Positions 61,740 to 64,000 of a DNA stretch of 64,000 nucleotides are shown one piece after another. A program made the translations under genes and the position numbers. This DNA is from Candidatus Moraniibacteriota bacterium (lineage in GTDB: Bacteria; Patescibacteriota; Minisyncoccia; Moranbacterales; GCA-2747515), in assembly GCA_942490825.1 (NCBI GenBank), contig CALNYG010000015.1:88073-152072 (forward strand), given 5' to 3'. The notes under the pieces were generated by a model that made no database searches, was not told the origin of the DNA, and worked only from the letters and a program-made list of their open reading frames with translations. Numbering within the stretch: position 1 is the first letter of the stretch; each line of letters opens with the position of its first letter.

Positions 61740-63845
61740 ATGAAGGTTATTATAAAAAATTGTAATAATATAGATAATGGGGAAATTAAAATTATCAAAG
61801 AACAACTTAATATACGATTTGGGATTAATGGCACAGGCAAAAGTACTGTTTCAAAAGCAATAGAATATAATAGAGATGTTGAAAAGTTGCAAGATCTTAT
61901 GCCGTTTAAATTGCATGAAAAAAATGAAGAATGTTTAAAGTCAAGTGTTGAATTAAGCGAAAGTATTAAAAGTGTTTTTGTTTTTAATGAAGAATATGTA
62001 GGGCAATTTGTTTTCCAAAAAGATGAGCTTGTTGAAAATAGTTTTGATATTTTTATAAACACACCAGCTTATAAAAAGAAAGTAGAAGAAATTGAATTAA
62101 TTATTTTTGGTATTAAAAAGGTATTTGAAGATCATGAAGATTTAAATATAGTAATAAATGACTTGGAAGAACTTTCTAGTAATTTTAAAATATCTAGAGG
62201 CGGAATATCTAAAAGTTCAAAGGGATATAAGAGCTTAGTGAATGGAAATAAAATAGAAAATATTCCAAAAGAACTGGAAGAATATAAAGTTTTTTTACAA
62301 AGTGATCTAAATGTTGAGTGGTTAAATTGGCAAAATGGAGGTGCTAAGTTTTTAGATATATCAGATAAGTGTCCGTATTGCATCGCTTCTATAAAAACTA
62401 AAAAGGATAAAATAATAAAAGTATCAACTGAATATGATAAAAATCATATAAAAAATTTAAAATTACTTATTGATGTGATTAATAAGCTAGGAGGGTATTT
62501 TTCAGATGATACATTGAAAGTATTAAAAGAACTTGTAACTCAAAAAGATGGTTTAAATGAAGATCAAGAAAAATTTTTATGTAAAGTAAAAGAGGATATT
62601 GATGATTTGATTGAAAAATTTAAAAATCTTCGCAATCTATCTTCTTTTGATTTTGGAGAGATTGATAATATTGAAATAAAACTTAAAAGTTTGCAGATGG
62701 ATATTGATCTTTATGAAAAATTAAATTCAAAGAAAACAAATGAAATTATAAATAATTTAAATGATTCTTTAGAGATCGTAATAGGAGATGTTAGTAATTT
62801 AAAAACAAAAATAGCTATATATCAAGCAGAAACAACAAGACTAATTCAAAAAAATCAAAAAAATATAGATCAATTTCTTAAAAATGCGGGATATAAATAT
62901 AAAGTTTTAATTATCAATGAAAAAAATAATTATAAATTGAAGCTTAAACATATTGATTTAAAGAATGCATTAATTCATGGAGATCAACATTTGAGCTTTG
63001 GTGAAAAAAATGCTTTTGCATTAATTTTATTTATGTATGAGGCACTATCTAAGAATCCAGATTTAATAATTCTTGATGACCCAATCTCATCTTTTGATAA
63101 AAATAAAAAATATGCAATTATGCATGCATTATTTAGAGGTGATGAATGCTTTAGAGGGAAAACTGTTTTAATGTTGACTCATGATATTGAACCTATAATT
63201 GATACAGTAAAAATTCTTCATCGAAATTTTAATGAATTTTCGAATGCTGGATTTTTACAAGCAAAAGATTATCAGTTAAGTGAAATTAATATTCTACGCG
63301 ATGACATTTTAACTTTTTCTCAAATCTGTAATAAAATTGTTTTTTCTGAGGAAATAGATGAAATTATTAGATTGATTTATTTACGTAGAAAATTTGAGAT
63401 AGTAGATGACAAAGGGAATGAATATCAAATACTTTGTGATTTAATACACGGAAGAGATAAAGAGACTTCAAAAAAATACAGACAAGATCAGGATGATAAT
63501 TTAAGTGATGAAAAGTTTGATGAGGATTTTATTGATGGATTTGAAAGAGTAAAAAAAGTCATGGACACTTTTGATTTTGATAAAATTCTTGGGAGAATTT
63601 TAAATTTAGAAGAGTTGAAGAATGTATATAAATCATGTAAAAATGGTTTTGAAAAACTTCAATTATTTAGAATTATTAATAAAAATTTTGAAATTGCTGA
63701 GGGTTTAGATGATGTGATGAATAAATTTATTAATGAGACTTATCATATAGAAAATGAATTAGTCGCACAACTAGATCCAGTTAAATTTGATTTAGTGCCA
63801 GAATTTATTATTGAAGAATGTGATAAATACATTTTAAATTTTTAG
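61740..63845 (+). CDS. AAA_13/ABC-type ATPase (PrrC/RloA-like architecture) with an unassigned C-terminal domain
   Basis: P-loop GINGTGKST (61821-61847), a CPYC motif, signature-like LSFGEKNAF, Walker B LIILDDPISSFD and H-loop LTHD. About 230 C-terminal residues have no recognised motif. Very AT-rich. Confidence 0.7.
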   Translation: MKVIIKNCNNIDNGEIKIIKEQLNIRFGINGTGKSTVSKAIEYNRDVEKLQDLMPFKLHEKNEECLKSSVELSESIKSVFVFNEEYVGQFVFQKDELVENSFDIFINTPAYKKKVEEIELIIFGIKKVFEDHEDLNIVINDLEELSSNFKISRGGISKSSKGYKSLVNGNKIENIPKELEEYKVFLQSDLNVEWLNWQNGGAKFLDISDKCPYCIASIKTKKDKIIKVSTEYDKNHIKNLKLLIDVINKLGGYFSDDTLKVLKELVTQKDGLNEDQEKFLCKVKEDIDDLIEKFKNLRNLSSFDFGEIDNIEIKLKSLQMDIDLYEKLNSKKTNEIINNLNDSLEIVIGDVSNLKTKIAIYQAETTRLIQKNQKNIDQFLKNAGYKYKVLIINEKNNYKLKLKHIDLKNALIHGDQHLSFGEKNAFALILFMYEALSKNPDLIILDDPISSFDKNKKYAIMHALFRGDECFRGKTVLMLTHDIEPIIDTVKILHRNFNEFSNAGFLQAKDYQLSEINILRDDILTFSQICNKIVFSEEIDEIIRLIYLRRKFEIVDDKGNEYQILCDLIHGRDKETSKKYRQDQDDNLSDEKFDEDFIDGFERVKKVMDTFDFDKILGRILNLEELKNVYKSCKNGFEKLQLFRIINKNFEIAEGLDDVMNKFINETYHIENELVAQLDPVKFDLVPEFIIEECDKYILNF

Positions 63846-63856
63846 CAAAAAAATAC

Positions 63857-63892
63857 AAGGTCCAACCTTCGGATATCCGAAGGTTGGACCTT
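63857..63892 (+). terminator. perfect 36-nt palindrome / hairpin after the ATPase gene
   Basis: AAGGTCCAACCTTCGGATATCCGAAGGTTGGACCTT starts 12 nt after the stop codon. Only a weak T tract follows. Confidence 0.5.
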
Positions 63893-64000
63893 GGTTTAGA
63901 TCTAGCCTTTAAAACAGTCATTTTCACCCTGTGGATAACTTCATTACACCAATCCAAAAAAATGCTACAATTCAGTCGCATCAAAAAGACCATTCAAAAA

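Noticed and set aside
11293-63938. Three perfect DnaA-box 9-mers (TGTGGATAA at 11293, 24518 and 63930), together with rnpA and gyrA in the window, as evidence for oriC
   Set aside because: The boxes are 13 kb and 39 kb apart, not clustered. No dnaA or dnaN gene and no AT-rich unwinding element with clustered boxes is visible. About one such 9-mer is expected by chance in this much AT-rich sequence.

Overview
This is a very AT-rich bacterial window using the standard genetic code. Genes are small, almost none has a Shine-Dalgarno sequence, and the content is a reduced housekeeping set plus cell-surface genes. That fits a Candidate Phyla Radiation (Patescibacteria/Parcubacteria-like) genome, but the taxon is inference only. 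All calls come from reading motifs in the supplied ORF translations and the DNA; no searches were run.

Recognisable core genes: rnpA, tRNA-Lys(CUU), tRNA-Arg(UCU), valS, nrdR, pepN, gyrA, a dus-family gene, mnmA, rfbC, rfbB, rpmA, an archaeal-type UMP-kinase-like gene, a class A PBP, an M23 peptidase, hsp20, VanW, SPFH and BI-1.

Surface and DNA-uptake genes: a full type IV pilus block (pilM-N-O-B, a receiver domain, pilT, pilC, pilin), a distant pilD, and a short ComEC.

Most notable observations:
1. A 1662-aa thioester-containing alpha-2-macroglobulin carries a 129-aa Hint/intein-like domain exactly where the bait region should be.
2. A large family of modular intergenic hairpin repeats occupies at least 12 intergenic sites. 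The modules are hairpins ending in TGACA, GTAG/CTAC-bounded palindromes, and an AGCCCGTGCGGCGAGCAC unit placed just upstream of promoters or just after stop codons. Inner stems covary between copies.
3. A two-gene RhuM/Doc(Fic) plus AAA_13-type ATPase island at the right end is a candidate toxin or abortive-infection module.
4. A partial IS1-family element lies at the left edge, and several genes are broken at homopolymer runs.
5. A tetO-like perfect palindrome fills a promoter spacer.
6. Short patches inside otherwise AT-rich genes switch to G-ending codons.
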